DNA from: Aliidongia sp.
GTDB taxonomy: Bacteria > Pseudomonadota > Alphaproteobacteria > ATCC43930 > CGMCC-115725
Direction of reading: 5' to 3'
Length of the DNA stretch: 62,339 nucleotides
Assembly: GCA_049696095.1 (NCBI GenBank)
Contig: JBAVTK010000125.1
Coordinates: 1 to 62,339, forward strand
The notes below the pieces were generated by a model. That model was given only the letters and a program-made list of their open reading frames with translations, had not been told where the DNA came from and ran no database searches. Positions 51,232 through 59,404 of the stretch are shown here, piece after piece; positions within the stretch are counted from its first letter, which is position 1; each line of letters opens with the position of its first letter. The position numbers and the translations under genes were made by a program.

Positions 51232-51794
51232 CCTGCCTCGCGGGTCAAGAGCCGAATATCTCCAGCATTCCGGATCGACGCTGGTGGCGACGGTATGGCA
51301 GGGTCAGCGGAACCGCATTGCGGTTTTGCAACTGCCGCTCAAAGCGCATTGTAATGCCCGAAGCAGGCAGTGGCCGTGGCGTGGGCCCGGATCATGATCG
51401 TCCACCAGGCGGCGTTGGCGCCGAACCGCTTGAAGCGCGCCTTATCGGCGAATTCCGCGGTGGGAAACGGCAATTGCTCGCGATCACCCAGATCGAGCGG
51501 GCGCAAGGGCTCGCGGATCGCCAGAAAGCGGCAATCCGCCAGCTTCTTGCTGCGCCCGGCCCAATACGGCACGAAGCAGATTTCGGCAAACGCCTGATCG
51601 GTCTGGTATCTCTCACCCTCGACCGTGCGGTAGAGTGGCTGCCACTGGGCCTCGGCGGTCCCCCGCACGGCGTCAGCAAACGGCGCGCGGCACGGGACAA
51701 ATGCCCGTGCTCGATCCCCTTCATAACCTCGACAAATCCAGAACCCCGTTCCAGCCGCCACCCCGTTGGTGTAGATTTTGTTTTCGAAAAACAC
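51232..51794 (-). pseudogene. DDE transposase remnant (IS1380 / DDE_Tnp_1_4-like), truncated and frameshifted
   Basis: 151-aa ORF with ...EICFVPYWAGRSKKLADCRFLAIREPLRPLDL...QLPFPTAEFADKARFKRFGANAAWWTIMIRAH. From memory this resembles the middle and C-terminal parts of IS1380-family transposases, with an internal segment missing. A +1-frame continuation (RFERQLQNRNAVPLTLPYRRHQRR) runs to ~51232. No catalytic N-terminal region is present. Confidence 0.4.
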
Positions 51795-52000
51795 GGTCCA
51801 ACTCTTTGATTTATCGTTGATATGGGGGAACTTCGTTTATTTAGATCCAAAATTTTGGGAGGATCGTGTGGTAAGGCTGTTTCCCGCGCGATGCGAATCG
51901 ATGGAGAAGCACCTGCGTGTGTGCTATGTCGGATTGATCATGGCAACCGCCGTCGCGCTCTTCACCCCCCTGTTGTGTCCATTCGCCGGATGCCGGCTTG

Positions 52001-54415
52001 ATGGCTGAAGCGTCCCATCATGACGCCGAATTGGTCGAAGGCTGGGTCGATGGCTGCAGCCAGGGCATTGTGCGCGGCTGGGCACGGCAGCCCGGTGCCC
52101 CGCGCACACCGGTCACCGTCGAAATTCTGGTCGAGGATATCGTGGTCGGCCGGGGCGTGGCGCGGCTGAGGCGCGCTGATCTGGAATCAGCCGGCAAGGG
52201 CGATTGCGGCTTCGAGATCGCCATCGAGTTCGGCCGGCTTGCACAGCCCAGGGTCACCGCGATCGTGCGCGCACAGGACGGCACGACCTTGACCGGCAGC
52301 CCGGCGGCAATCGATCTAACCGAATTGGCCGCCCGGCATGCGGCCCTCGGCGATCGGCCGCTCGCCACGCTGCCGGTAGCCCTCACCGGCCCGGTCGGCG
52401 GCTATCTCGACGCGTTCGGCCCCGGCGGAATCGCCGGCTGGATTTATGATCCGGTGGCCCCCTCACCGCCTGTCATTTTCGAGATTTGGGAAGCCGGACG
52501 ACGGCTTTCGACCGTCACGGCCGATCGCTGGCGTGTCGATCTGGAAGAGATGCGCCAGGGCGACGGGCGCTGGGGCTTCGACGCCGCACTGCCACCGGGG
52601 CTGTTCGACGGTCGCCCCCACGAAATCGATCTCCGCCTTGCCGCGACCGGCCGTTCGGTCCTGGCCGAACCGCTGCTGTTACATCTGCCGAAATCCGACG
52701 GGCCGGTGCCATTGTCACCGACCCAACCGAAACGCGATGTCGAAGCCGCCGCCAGCACCTGGACCCGCCCGCTCGATCGGCCGGTGGCGACCGTGCCGCT
52801 GTTCACCATCATCGTCAATTTCTATAATATGCAGCGCGAGGCGGCGCGCACCCTGACCTCTCTGTCGCGGGCCTATCAGCGTGGCATCGGCGCGCTCGGC
52901 TATGAGGTTTTGTGCATCGACAATGGCTCCGACCCACCGCTCGAGCCGGATTGGATTGCCGGGTTCGGCCCGGAATTCCGCCTGATCCGGCCACAGCACG
53001 TCCGGCCTTCGCCGTGCGCGGCGATCAATGAGGCGGCACGCGCGGCCAAAGGCCGCTATGTGGCGGTCATGATCGATGGTGCCTATGTCCTGACCCCCGG
53101 CGTGCTGCGCGCGGCGTGGGACGCGATCGACGAGCGGCCGGGCTCGATCGTCGCCTTGCGGCAATGGTTCGTCGGCGGCGATCAGCGCTGGCTCGCCCAG
53201 ATCGGCTATGGCGGGCGGCAGGAAGACATGCTGTTCGACAAGATCGCCTGGCCGAGCGAGGGCTATGATCTGTTCAAGATCGGCTCGCCGGTGCGCGAAA
53301 GCCCGAACAACTGGTTCGACGGCATGATCGAGACCAATTGCCTGTTCCTGCCGGCCGAGCTTTACCGGGCGATCGGCGGGATGCATGAAGGCTTTGCCGT
53401 GGCCGGTGCCGGCTATGGCAATCTCGACCTGTTCAAGCGCGCGGCCGAGGCGGTCGGCGAACCGGTCGTGGCATTGCTGGGCGAAGCGTCGTTCCACCAG
53501 TTCCATGGCGGCACCACGACGAACGTGCCGGACGATGAAATGGCGCGCCGGGTGCGCGGCTATGATCAGGATTATTTCCAGATCGCCGGCAAACCGTTCG
53601 AGGGCGTGCCGCTGACCGATCTGCATCTGCGCGGACAGTTCCGCACCCTGCGCGGCACGGGCAGCCGGCAGCGACCGCTCTCCCCGGCCCGGCTCGGCCT
53701 GACCGAGCGTGTGCGTTCCGGTTCCCTGCCGCTGCATTTCGACGAAGCGGCGGCCGATTATCTGCAATCGGTCTATGTCGAATGCAGCCTGCACCGCACG
53801 ACCCGATGGCAGGGTCACAGCCTGTCGATCGCGCCGGCTGACGTGCTGAATATTCAGGACATTATTCACGGCACACGGCCCGGCCGCATCATCGCGGTCA
53901 ATGCCGAACACGGTCTGCTCATGCTGCTGGAGTCACTGCTGCGTCTGTTGCACCTCGATGGCGCGCGCATCGTCAGTATCGGCGACGCGGCGGCGGACCT
54001 GCCGCCCGGCAGCGAGCGGATCGCGGGCGATCCGCTCGCCTCCGAGGTGCTGGCCGCGACCGAGGCGGCACTCGGTACCGAGGAACGGGTTCTCGTGCTC
54101 TATACGCCGCGCGCGGGCGAGCATTTTCCGATCGAGACGCTCAGGGCCTATGCCAATTTCGTCTCGTGCCGGTCCTATCTGATTTTCATCGGGTCGGTCT
54201 TCGGGCAACCCTGGCTCGGCTATTCCCGGAACTGGTTTCAAAAGGCGATCCGCATTCTGGTGAGCGAGGCGCCGTTCGCCATCGATTTCAGCCGCGAGCA
54301 GCAATTGATCACGACCTGCCCGCAGGGCTATCTGCAACGGATCGGCGGCTTCGTCGCCCCGGCCGAGGATGACGATCTGACCTGGGCCGAAACCGGCAGC
54401 GAGGAGCCGCGATGA
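52001..54415 (+). CDS. multidomain protein: tandem N-terminal repeat domain + GT2 glycosyltransferase + CmcI-like (rhamnosyl O-methyltransferase family) C-terminal domain
   Basis: Two ~70-aa repeats (aa ~11-80 and ~132-205, G[WY].D...GI.GW...P.AP..PV..EI...A.R.R.DLE...GD..GF). GT2 core PLFTIIVNFYNMQREAARTLTSL...EVLCIDNGSDP...RYVAVMIDGAYVL. C-terminus WQGHSLSIAPADVLNIQDIIHGTRPGRIIAVNAEHG...LYTPRAGEHF resembles CmcI-family proteins. ATG at 52001 lies 1 codon inside the track TTG. Confidence 0.65.
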   Translation: MAEASHHDAELVEGWVDGCSQGIVRGWARQPGAPRTPVTVEILVEDIVVGRGVARLRRADLESAGKGDCGFEIAIEFGRLAQPRVTAIVRAQDGTTLTGSPAAIDLTELAARHAALGDRPLATLPVALTGPVGGYLDAFGPGGIAGWIYDPVAPSPPVIFEIWEAGRRLSTVTADRWRVDLEEMRQGDGRWGFDAALPPGLFDGRPHEIDLRLAATGRSVLAEPLLLHLPKSDGPVPLSPTQPKRDVEAAASTWTRPLDRPVATVPLFTIIVNFYNMQREAARTLTSLSRAYQRGIGALGYEVLCIDNGSDPPLEPDWIAGFGPEFRLIRPQHVRPSPCAAINEAARAAKGRYVAVMIDGAYVLTPGVLRAAWDAIDERPGSIVALRQWFVGGDQRWLAQIGYGGRQEDMLFDKIAWPSEGYDLFKIGSPVRESPNNWFDGMIETNCLFLPAELYRAIGGMHEGFAVAGAGYGNLDLFKRAAEAVGEPVVALLGEASFHQFHGGTTTNVPDDEMARRVRGYDQDYFQIAGKPFEGVPLTDLHLRGQFRTLRGTGSRQRPLSPARLGLTERVRSGSLPLHFDEAAADYLQSVYVECSLHRTTRWQGHSLSIAPADVLNIQDIIHGTRPGRIIAVNAEHGLLMLLESLLRLLHLDGARIVSIGDAAADLPPGSERIAGDPLASEVLAATEAALGTEERVLVLYTPRAGEHFPIETLRAYANFVSCRSYLIFIGSVFGQPWLGYSRNWFQKAIRILVSEAPFAIDFSREQQLITTCPQGYLQRIGGFVAPAEDDDLTWAETGSEEPR

Positions 54416-55278
54416 ACCGTTTCTGGACCCGCTTCGTCAAACCGATCGTCGAGACCGCCGCCCCCCGCCGAATGATGGAGATCGGCGCCGATTCCGGCTG
54501 GAATACCCAGCGTCTACTGGATTATTGCCGCGAGACCGGCTGCCATCTCGACATCATCGACCCGGCCCCCCGCCCCGCCTTGCACGAGGTGCTGGCCCGT
54601 TTCGAAACCGAATACACCTGGCACCCGCTGAAAAGCTTGGAGGCGATTCCGCTGATCGATCCGGTCGATCTGGCGCTGATCGATGGCGACCATAATTGGC
54701 ACACCGTCTATGGCGAGCTGCAAGCGATCTTCCGCCGGGCGCGCGAGACCGGCACGCCGCCGCCGATCGTACTGTTTCACGATGTCGCCTGGCCCTATGC
54801 CCGGCGCGACATGTATTACACGCCCGCCGATCTGGCGCCCGGCGAGCGCCACCCCTACGCCTATCGCGGCATGATCCAGGGCCAATCCGAGCTGAGCGAG
54901 GACGGCTTCAACGGCATCCTGGCCAATGCGCTGCATGAAGGCGGCCCGCGCAACGGCGTCTTGACCGCGATCGAGGATTTCCAGGCCGGCCTCGGCACCG
55001 AAATGTCGTTCCACCGCCTGCCCTTCTATAGTGGATTGGGCATTCTGGTGCCGGCCGAGCGCTCGACACCGGCGCTGCGGATCTTGATCGAGAGCTTCTT
55101 TTCGGCCGAATCGCTGCTGGAGACCTGCATCGCGCTGGAGGAAGACGGCATGCGCGCACGAACCGATCTCGCCACCCACCAGATCCGCCTGACCCAGCGG
55201 ACCGAGGCGCTGCGGCGCGCGAAGACCATCATCGACGCGCTGCGTGACGAGGTGAAATCGCTGAAAGCCGCCCGCTGA
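54412..55278 (+). CDS. class I SAM-dependent methyltransferase (Methyltransf_24-like) with C-terminal coiled coil
   Basis: Motif I MMEIGADSGWNT, then LALIDGDHNWHTVYGEL and VLFHDV. ATG overlaps the upstream stop (ATGA), with GAGGAG 5 nt upstream. Confidence 0.65.
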   Translation: MNRFWTRFVKPIVETAAPRRMMEIGADSGWNTQRLLDYCRETGCHLDIIDPAPRPALHEVLARFETEYTWHPLKSLEAIPLIDPVDLALIDGDHNWHTVYGELQAIFRRARETGTPPPIVLFHDVAWPYARRDMYYTPADLAPGERHPYAYRGMIQGQSELSEDGFNGILANALHEGGPRNGVLTAIEDFQAGLGTEMSFHRLPFYSGLGILVPAERSTPALRILIESFFSAESLLETCIALEEDGMRARTDLATHQIRLTQRTEALRRAKTIIDALRDEVKSLKAAR

Positions 55279-55281
55279 CCG

Positions 55282-56349
55282 ATGAGCGAGCGCGGCCGCC
55301 CGCGGATCTATCTGCATATCGGCCGCAACAAGGCCGGCTCGACCAGCTTGCAGGATTTCTTCCTGGAGCGCCGCGCGGTACTGGCCCAGGCCGGCTTGCG
55401 CTATTGCCTGTTCGGTCATCTCAAGGATTCCGTGCCGGGCGTGCCCGGTTTCGCCACCGCGCCCGAACTGACCGCCTACGCCCGCACCGAGGCGGCACCG
55501 GCCTATCTGGTGTCGAACGAGTTCCTGTTCGGCTGGCCGCGCGACTACACCGACAGCATGGTCGCCGGCCTCTCCGGCTGCGATGTCCGGGTCATCGCCT
55601 ATCTGCGGCCCTATGGCGAATGGGTCCAGTCCGCCTATGCCGAGGAAGTGCGGCGCGGCCTGACATGCCTCGATTTCGACCGCTATCTCGACGAGCTGCA
55701 CCCGCAGATTTCCGCCTGGCCCTATCTCGAAGGCTGGGCCGAGGCGCTCGGCTGGGAGCGCATCCGGGTCCGCTCGACCGACCCGCGCGATCTGGCCGGC
55801 GGCGATCTGATCGGCGATTGCCTGACCGCCCTTGGCCTCGATCCTGCACTGGCCGGCGCGGCGCGGCGCAGCAACCGGGCCCCGCCCTGGCCGGTGCTGG
55901 AGATGCTAAGGCGCCTGCGCGAACTGACGGACGAGGCCACGTTCCACCGCGTGGCGCCATCGTTGCAGCTATTGTTGGAAGAAGGCCTGTCCGAGACGAC
56001 GCTGCCGCCGGCTGAGTACCTGACCTCGGAGCAGGCGCATCGGCTGGCCGACCTCTACAACAGCGACCTGCTCCGGCTGGCCGAGCGAACCGGCGTGGCG
56101 CTTCAGCCGGAACGACCGAACGAGCAAATCGGCGCGATGCGGCCGGGCTTCGACCGGATGCCGCCAGCCCTGCTGCGCCAATGGGCCGTGCGCGCCAAGC
56201 TACCCGATTTCCGTCGCTCCCATCCCGAGGCAGCGGCAACGGCCGAGAAGCTTATGGCGAACTGCCGTGCTGCCTTCGGTGCAATTATGCAGAGAATTGG
56301 GCCTGAACCTCCACGGGAAGGCGATGAGATCACGCCACGGGCCAGTTAA
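55282..56349 (+). CDS. sulfotransferase-fold (P-loop) family protein, putative
   Basis: N-terminal IYLHIGRNKAGSTSLQ resembles the PAPS 5'-phosphosulfate-binding loop (PKxGTT). VIAYLRPYGEWVQSAY resembles the 3'-phosphate-binding R....S motif. Starts 3 nt after the previous gene. Confidence 0.45.
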   Translation: MSERGRPRIYLHIGRNKAGSTSLQDFFLERRAVLAQAGLRYCLFGHLKDSVPGVPGFATAPELTAYARTEAAPAYLVSNEFLFGWPRDYTDSMVAGLSGCDVRVIAYLRPYGEWVQSAYAEEVRRGLTCLDFDRYLDELHPQISAWPYLEGWAEALGWERIRVRSTDPRDLAGGDLIGDCLTALGLDPALAGAARRSNRAPPWPVLEMLRRLRELTDEATFHRVAPSLQLLLEEGLSETTLPPAEYLTSEQAHRLADLYNSDLLRLAERTGVALQPERPNEQIGAMRPGFDRMPPALLRQWAVRAKLPDFRRSHPEAAATAEKLMANCRAAFGAIMQRIGPEPPREGDEITPRAS

Positions 56350-56356
56350 ACACCGC

Positions 56357-57424
56357 TCACAACGCAATCGGCATTTGCGGCATCGGAAAGGTCGAGCCGG
56401 CAAAGAACCACGACTCAATCGCCAGCCGCTCGCGCGTCAGGCCCGATCGGGCGCCGGTACGGTGCAGGAACAATTGATCGAACAGCAGCGCGTCCCCGGC
56501 CTTGAAGCGCGGGCTGACGATCGGCGTGGACTGCGCCAGATCCGCGACCACGCCGTCGCCGACGGTCCACCAGGTCGGGGCACCGCGCGTGCCCATTTCG
56601 ACCAATTCGTTGCAGCGCCTGGGATAAAGATCCAGGCCCGGCGCGTCATCACCGCAATCCGACAGCGCCAACCAGCAATTCACCGTGCGGATTTCCGGGC
56701 CGAGGAACGCGCCATCCTGATGCCACGCGGTGCCGGTGGTCGGGGGCACGCGCCGCAAGGTCGATTTCCCGAGCGAGAGATAGGCCCGTTCGCCCAGATA
56801 CTCCTCGATGACGCCGATCACACCATGCGTCTTCAGAAACGCGATGAAATCGGCCAGCGCACGGGGTGAATCCGCCGTCCAGACCGCCCCACAGGCCGCA
56901 CCGAATGCGCGCCCGCCTTCGCTCATTCCGTCGCCTGGCTCCAGCGGATAGGGCGCATACCACGGCGAATTCGGCACCTGCGTTTCATCCTTGCGCGCGG
57001 CTTCGGCCGTGTCGATCGCCTTGTTTACCACCGCGACCAGTTCGGCGGTCTGCGTCGCATCGATCAGGCCGCGCACCAGCAGGCAGCCATGATGCTGGAT
57101 CGCACCGCCCAGGATGCCGGCGGTCAGAGCCGCGGGACCCTGGATTTCCGGGGGGTTTGGCCGGCCGGGGAACGGGTCCGCCGGCCGCGGCGGCCACTCA
57201 GCCAGCCCCGCTTGCGGATCGAACGCGGCATTGCGCCATCGCACCAGGTCGCACAGCGTCGCCAGATCGAGATCGTCCAGATTTTCCGAAGACAGCAGAT
57301 CGATCGCCTCTCGGTATCGCTCAGCCTCCGCCAAGCGCCGCGCCCGAACCGCCACGGGTTCGATCGCCGCCGGTACGCCCGCCAGAAGTCGGCCGACCGG
57401 ATTCAAGAAATTTCTTAGCCCCAT
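56357..57424 (-). CDS. PhyH-family Fe(II)/2-oxoglutarate-dependent dioxygenase
   Basis: 355 aa. HxD in TAWHQDGAF, distal His in LLFDQLFLHRTG, Arg in RLAIESW. Has a ~110-aa N-terminal extension. Confidence 0.6.
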   Translation of the reverse strand: MGLRNFLNPVGRLLAGVPAAIEPVAVRARRLAEAERYREAIDLLSSENLDDLDLATLCDLVRWRNAAFDPQAGLAEWPPRPADPFPGRPNPPEIQGPAALTAGILGGAIQHHGCLLVRGLIDATQTAELVAVVNKAIDTAEAARKDETQVPNSPWYAPYPLEPGDGMSEGGRAFGAACGAVWTADSPRALADFIAFLKTHGVIGVIEEYLGERAYLSLGKSTLRRVPPTTGTAWHQDGAFLGPEIRTVNCWLALSDCGDDAPGLDLYPRRCNELVEMGTRGAPTWWTVGDGVVADLAQSTPIVSPRFKAGDALLFDQLFLHRTGARSGLTRERLAIESWFFAGSTFPMPQMPIAL

Positions 57425-57500
57425 CGCAGCGGTGCCTCACATCGTTCCGGATACGCGCTGTGCTCTCATAGCACGACAATGGCAGGTAGTCCCACCGCCT

Positions 57501-58565
57501 TCAAACAGTCGGATCGAGACGCGCTTCGTCACACAGGATTTCGACCGCCCGCCTCGCTTGTTCGAGAAACGCATCATCGGCCGGGGCGGTCTTGCCGGCC
57601 GCAGCGCAAATGCCCGGTTCGACGAGGTGGTCGAAAAACAACCGCATGACATGATCGACCCCGGCCGGTGTGACCGAGCGCAGATCGTCCGCGAAATAGG
57701 CACCCCGCGCAGCCGGCGCGGTGACGACCTCGTAGGCCGGGAAATAGACCACGCCCGGCCGCCGGGCAATCTCCTCGGCCGCGACCCGCAATACCGCCTT
57801 GGAGAGGGTGGTGGCGGTCCAGACATGGCGCGGCTCGGCCGTCGCCGCGAGCGGCACCGGCGAGACGGTCAGGACGAGGCGAACCTTCGGATTGACTGCG
57901 CGCAACTCGGCGAGGAAGGCGTCGAGATCCGCGATATTATCCTGCACCCCCAGATTCAGCAGGACATGCCGCCCGGCATCGAAGTGCCCGGCGGCGACAC
58001 CGGGGCAGAGCGGGTAGACGGCACCATCCGCCCGGTCGCTCCAGCATTCGGTCAGGCCGAGGGTGAAGACGAAGACATCGATCTGCTCGAACAGGGCGCG
58101 GATCGCGGCCAGATGGCGCTGGCGATCTAGCTCGAATTCCCGGCTTGTGGCGAAGCCCGCGGGCTGGATGGTCGGGCGGAACGGATCGAAGCACCTTCCT
58201 TGCTCGTCGATCCAGACATCGTCCAGCGGCGTGAAGCGCCCATAAGCGCGGCGGAACAATTGCAAGAGCTGGCGCGCGGTATAGATTGAGCCGTAGCGCG
58301 CGCTGAACAGACCATAGCCGAAAGCCGCCGCGGTTTCTGCCGATAGCGTCGGGTGGGCCGGCTCGGTATCGAGATGGCGGAGGCCGGCGGCGCGCAGGCG
58401 CCGCACCAGATGCTGCGCAAAGCAACTGCCGGCGGTGGCGATGACATCGCCCGCGCCAATCCGCCAGGGTGCCTCGACCATCGGATCGATCGCTTCAAGT
58501 GGCGGCTCGACCATCGCCGTGCGCCAGCGCCGATGAGGCGGCGCGTCACGGTAAGGATGGGTCAT
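57501..58565 (-). CDS. GSCFA-domain family protein
   Basis: The eponymous motif is present (IATAGSCFAQHL), followed by TLGLTECW and a C-terminal D..H-type ending (AGVDHVMR). Confidence 0.65.
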   Translation of the reverse strand: MTHPYRDAPPHRRWRTAMVEPPLEAIDPMVEAPWRIGAGDVIATAGSCFAQHLVRRLRAAGLRHLDTEPAHPTLSAETAAAFGYGLFSARYGSIYTARQLLQLFRRAYGRFTPLDDVWIDEQGRCFDPFRPTIQPAGFATSREFELDRQRHLAAIRALFEQIDVFVFTLGLTECWSDRADGAVYPLCPGVAAGHFDAGRHVLLNLGVQDNIADLDAFLAELRAVNPKVRLVLTVSPVPLAATAEPRHVWTATTLSKAVLRVAAEEIARRPGVVYFPAYEVVTAPAARGAYFADDLRSVTPAGVDHVMRLFFDHLVEPGICAAAGKTAPADDAFLEQARRAVEILCDEARLDPTV

Positions 58566-59263
58566 GCCGTACCCCGCAAGGTTTCGAGCACGAGCGCGCC
58601 ATAGGCGGCATTGGCATGCGCGCCATCCTGGTCATAGCAGGCATCGAGAAAGCCTTCGGCGTCCTTGGCCTGCGCCGGTACCGGCCGATAACCAATGCCG
58701 TACGCGGCACAAGCCGCGGCGATCACTTCGCTGTGCAGCCGCCATAATTTGTAGCGCAGCCATTTCGGCGCGATCACCCGCGGCTGGCCGGGAAAAAAGG
58801 CCCACGGGACATGCGGCGCGATCCGCTCGGCATCGGCGACCGGCGGCGGCGGTTCGAGCTGGACCACCGGCGCGGTCGCGACATCGAGGATGCAGGGCAG
58901 ATTCGCCAGATAGGGCAAGGCCATTTCGGCCAGCGTCGCCCGCACCGCCTCGGCCGGGACGAGTTCGCGCCGCTCATCGACCGGCAGATCCGGTTCGGAC
59001 GGCAGCACGAAATCGAACGGGCGCGGATGCTCGACCATGCCCAGCACGGTGTGCGCCGAACCGCCGATCAGCGACAGCACGAGACGCGCCGGCCGGAGCC
59101 GCGCGGCCAGGTCCGGGCGCAGCGCGATCGTCGCGGCGTCGCGCACCCAAGGCTCGCCAGTCTCCCAGAAATTGATCGCATCGAGCGGCACGCCGTCACG
59201 CTCGGCGCCGCGCGCGAGCGCGAAGGCGTGGCTATGGCCGATGCAAACCCACATCTCAATCAC
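58562..59263 (-). CDS. hypothetical protein, SGNH/GDSL-hydrolase-like
   Basis: Block-I-like VCIGHSHA and block-V-like DQDGAHANAAYGALV (DxxH). Its stop overlaps the GSCFA ATG (ATGA). Start is GTG at 59263 (GAGGA 6 nt upstream) or ATG at 59254. Confidence 0.4.
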   Translation of the reverse strand: MIEMWVCIGHSHAFALARGAERDGVPLDAINFWETGEPWVRDAATIALRPDLAARLRPARLVLSLIGGSAHTVLGMVEHPRPFDFVLPSEPDLPVDERRELVPAEAVRATLAEMALPYLANLPCILDVATAPVVQLEPPPPVADAERIAPHVPWAFFPGQPRVIAPKWLRYKLWRLHSEVIAAACAAYGIGYRPVPAQAKDAEGFLDACYDQDGAHANAAYGALVLETLRGTA

Positions 59264-59404
59264 CAGCGGTCCTCATTGTAACAGTCTGCCCGCGTTTCTC
59301 CTCTCCGCCCGATTGGGGCAGAGAGGTCGGGAGAGATGGAGAACACTCTGAAATCACAGGAGAAATCCAGACCTATACCGAGCACGACTTCGACAGCCCC
59401 CGCC

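Noticed and set aside
52715-53911. 398-aa minus-strand ORF, and 54514..55701 (395 aa, minus), inside the island
   Set aside because: They are antisense to ORFs carrying GT2, methyltransferase and P-loop motifs and are rich in R/A/G/D with no motifs of their own. I cannot fully exclude them without codon-usage statistics, but the plus-strand genes show SD sequences and ATGA coupling.
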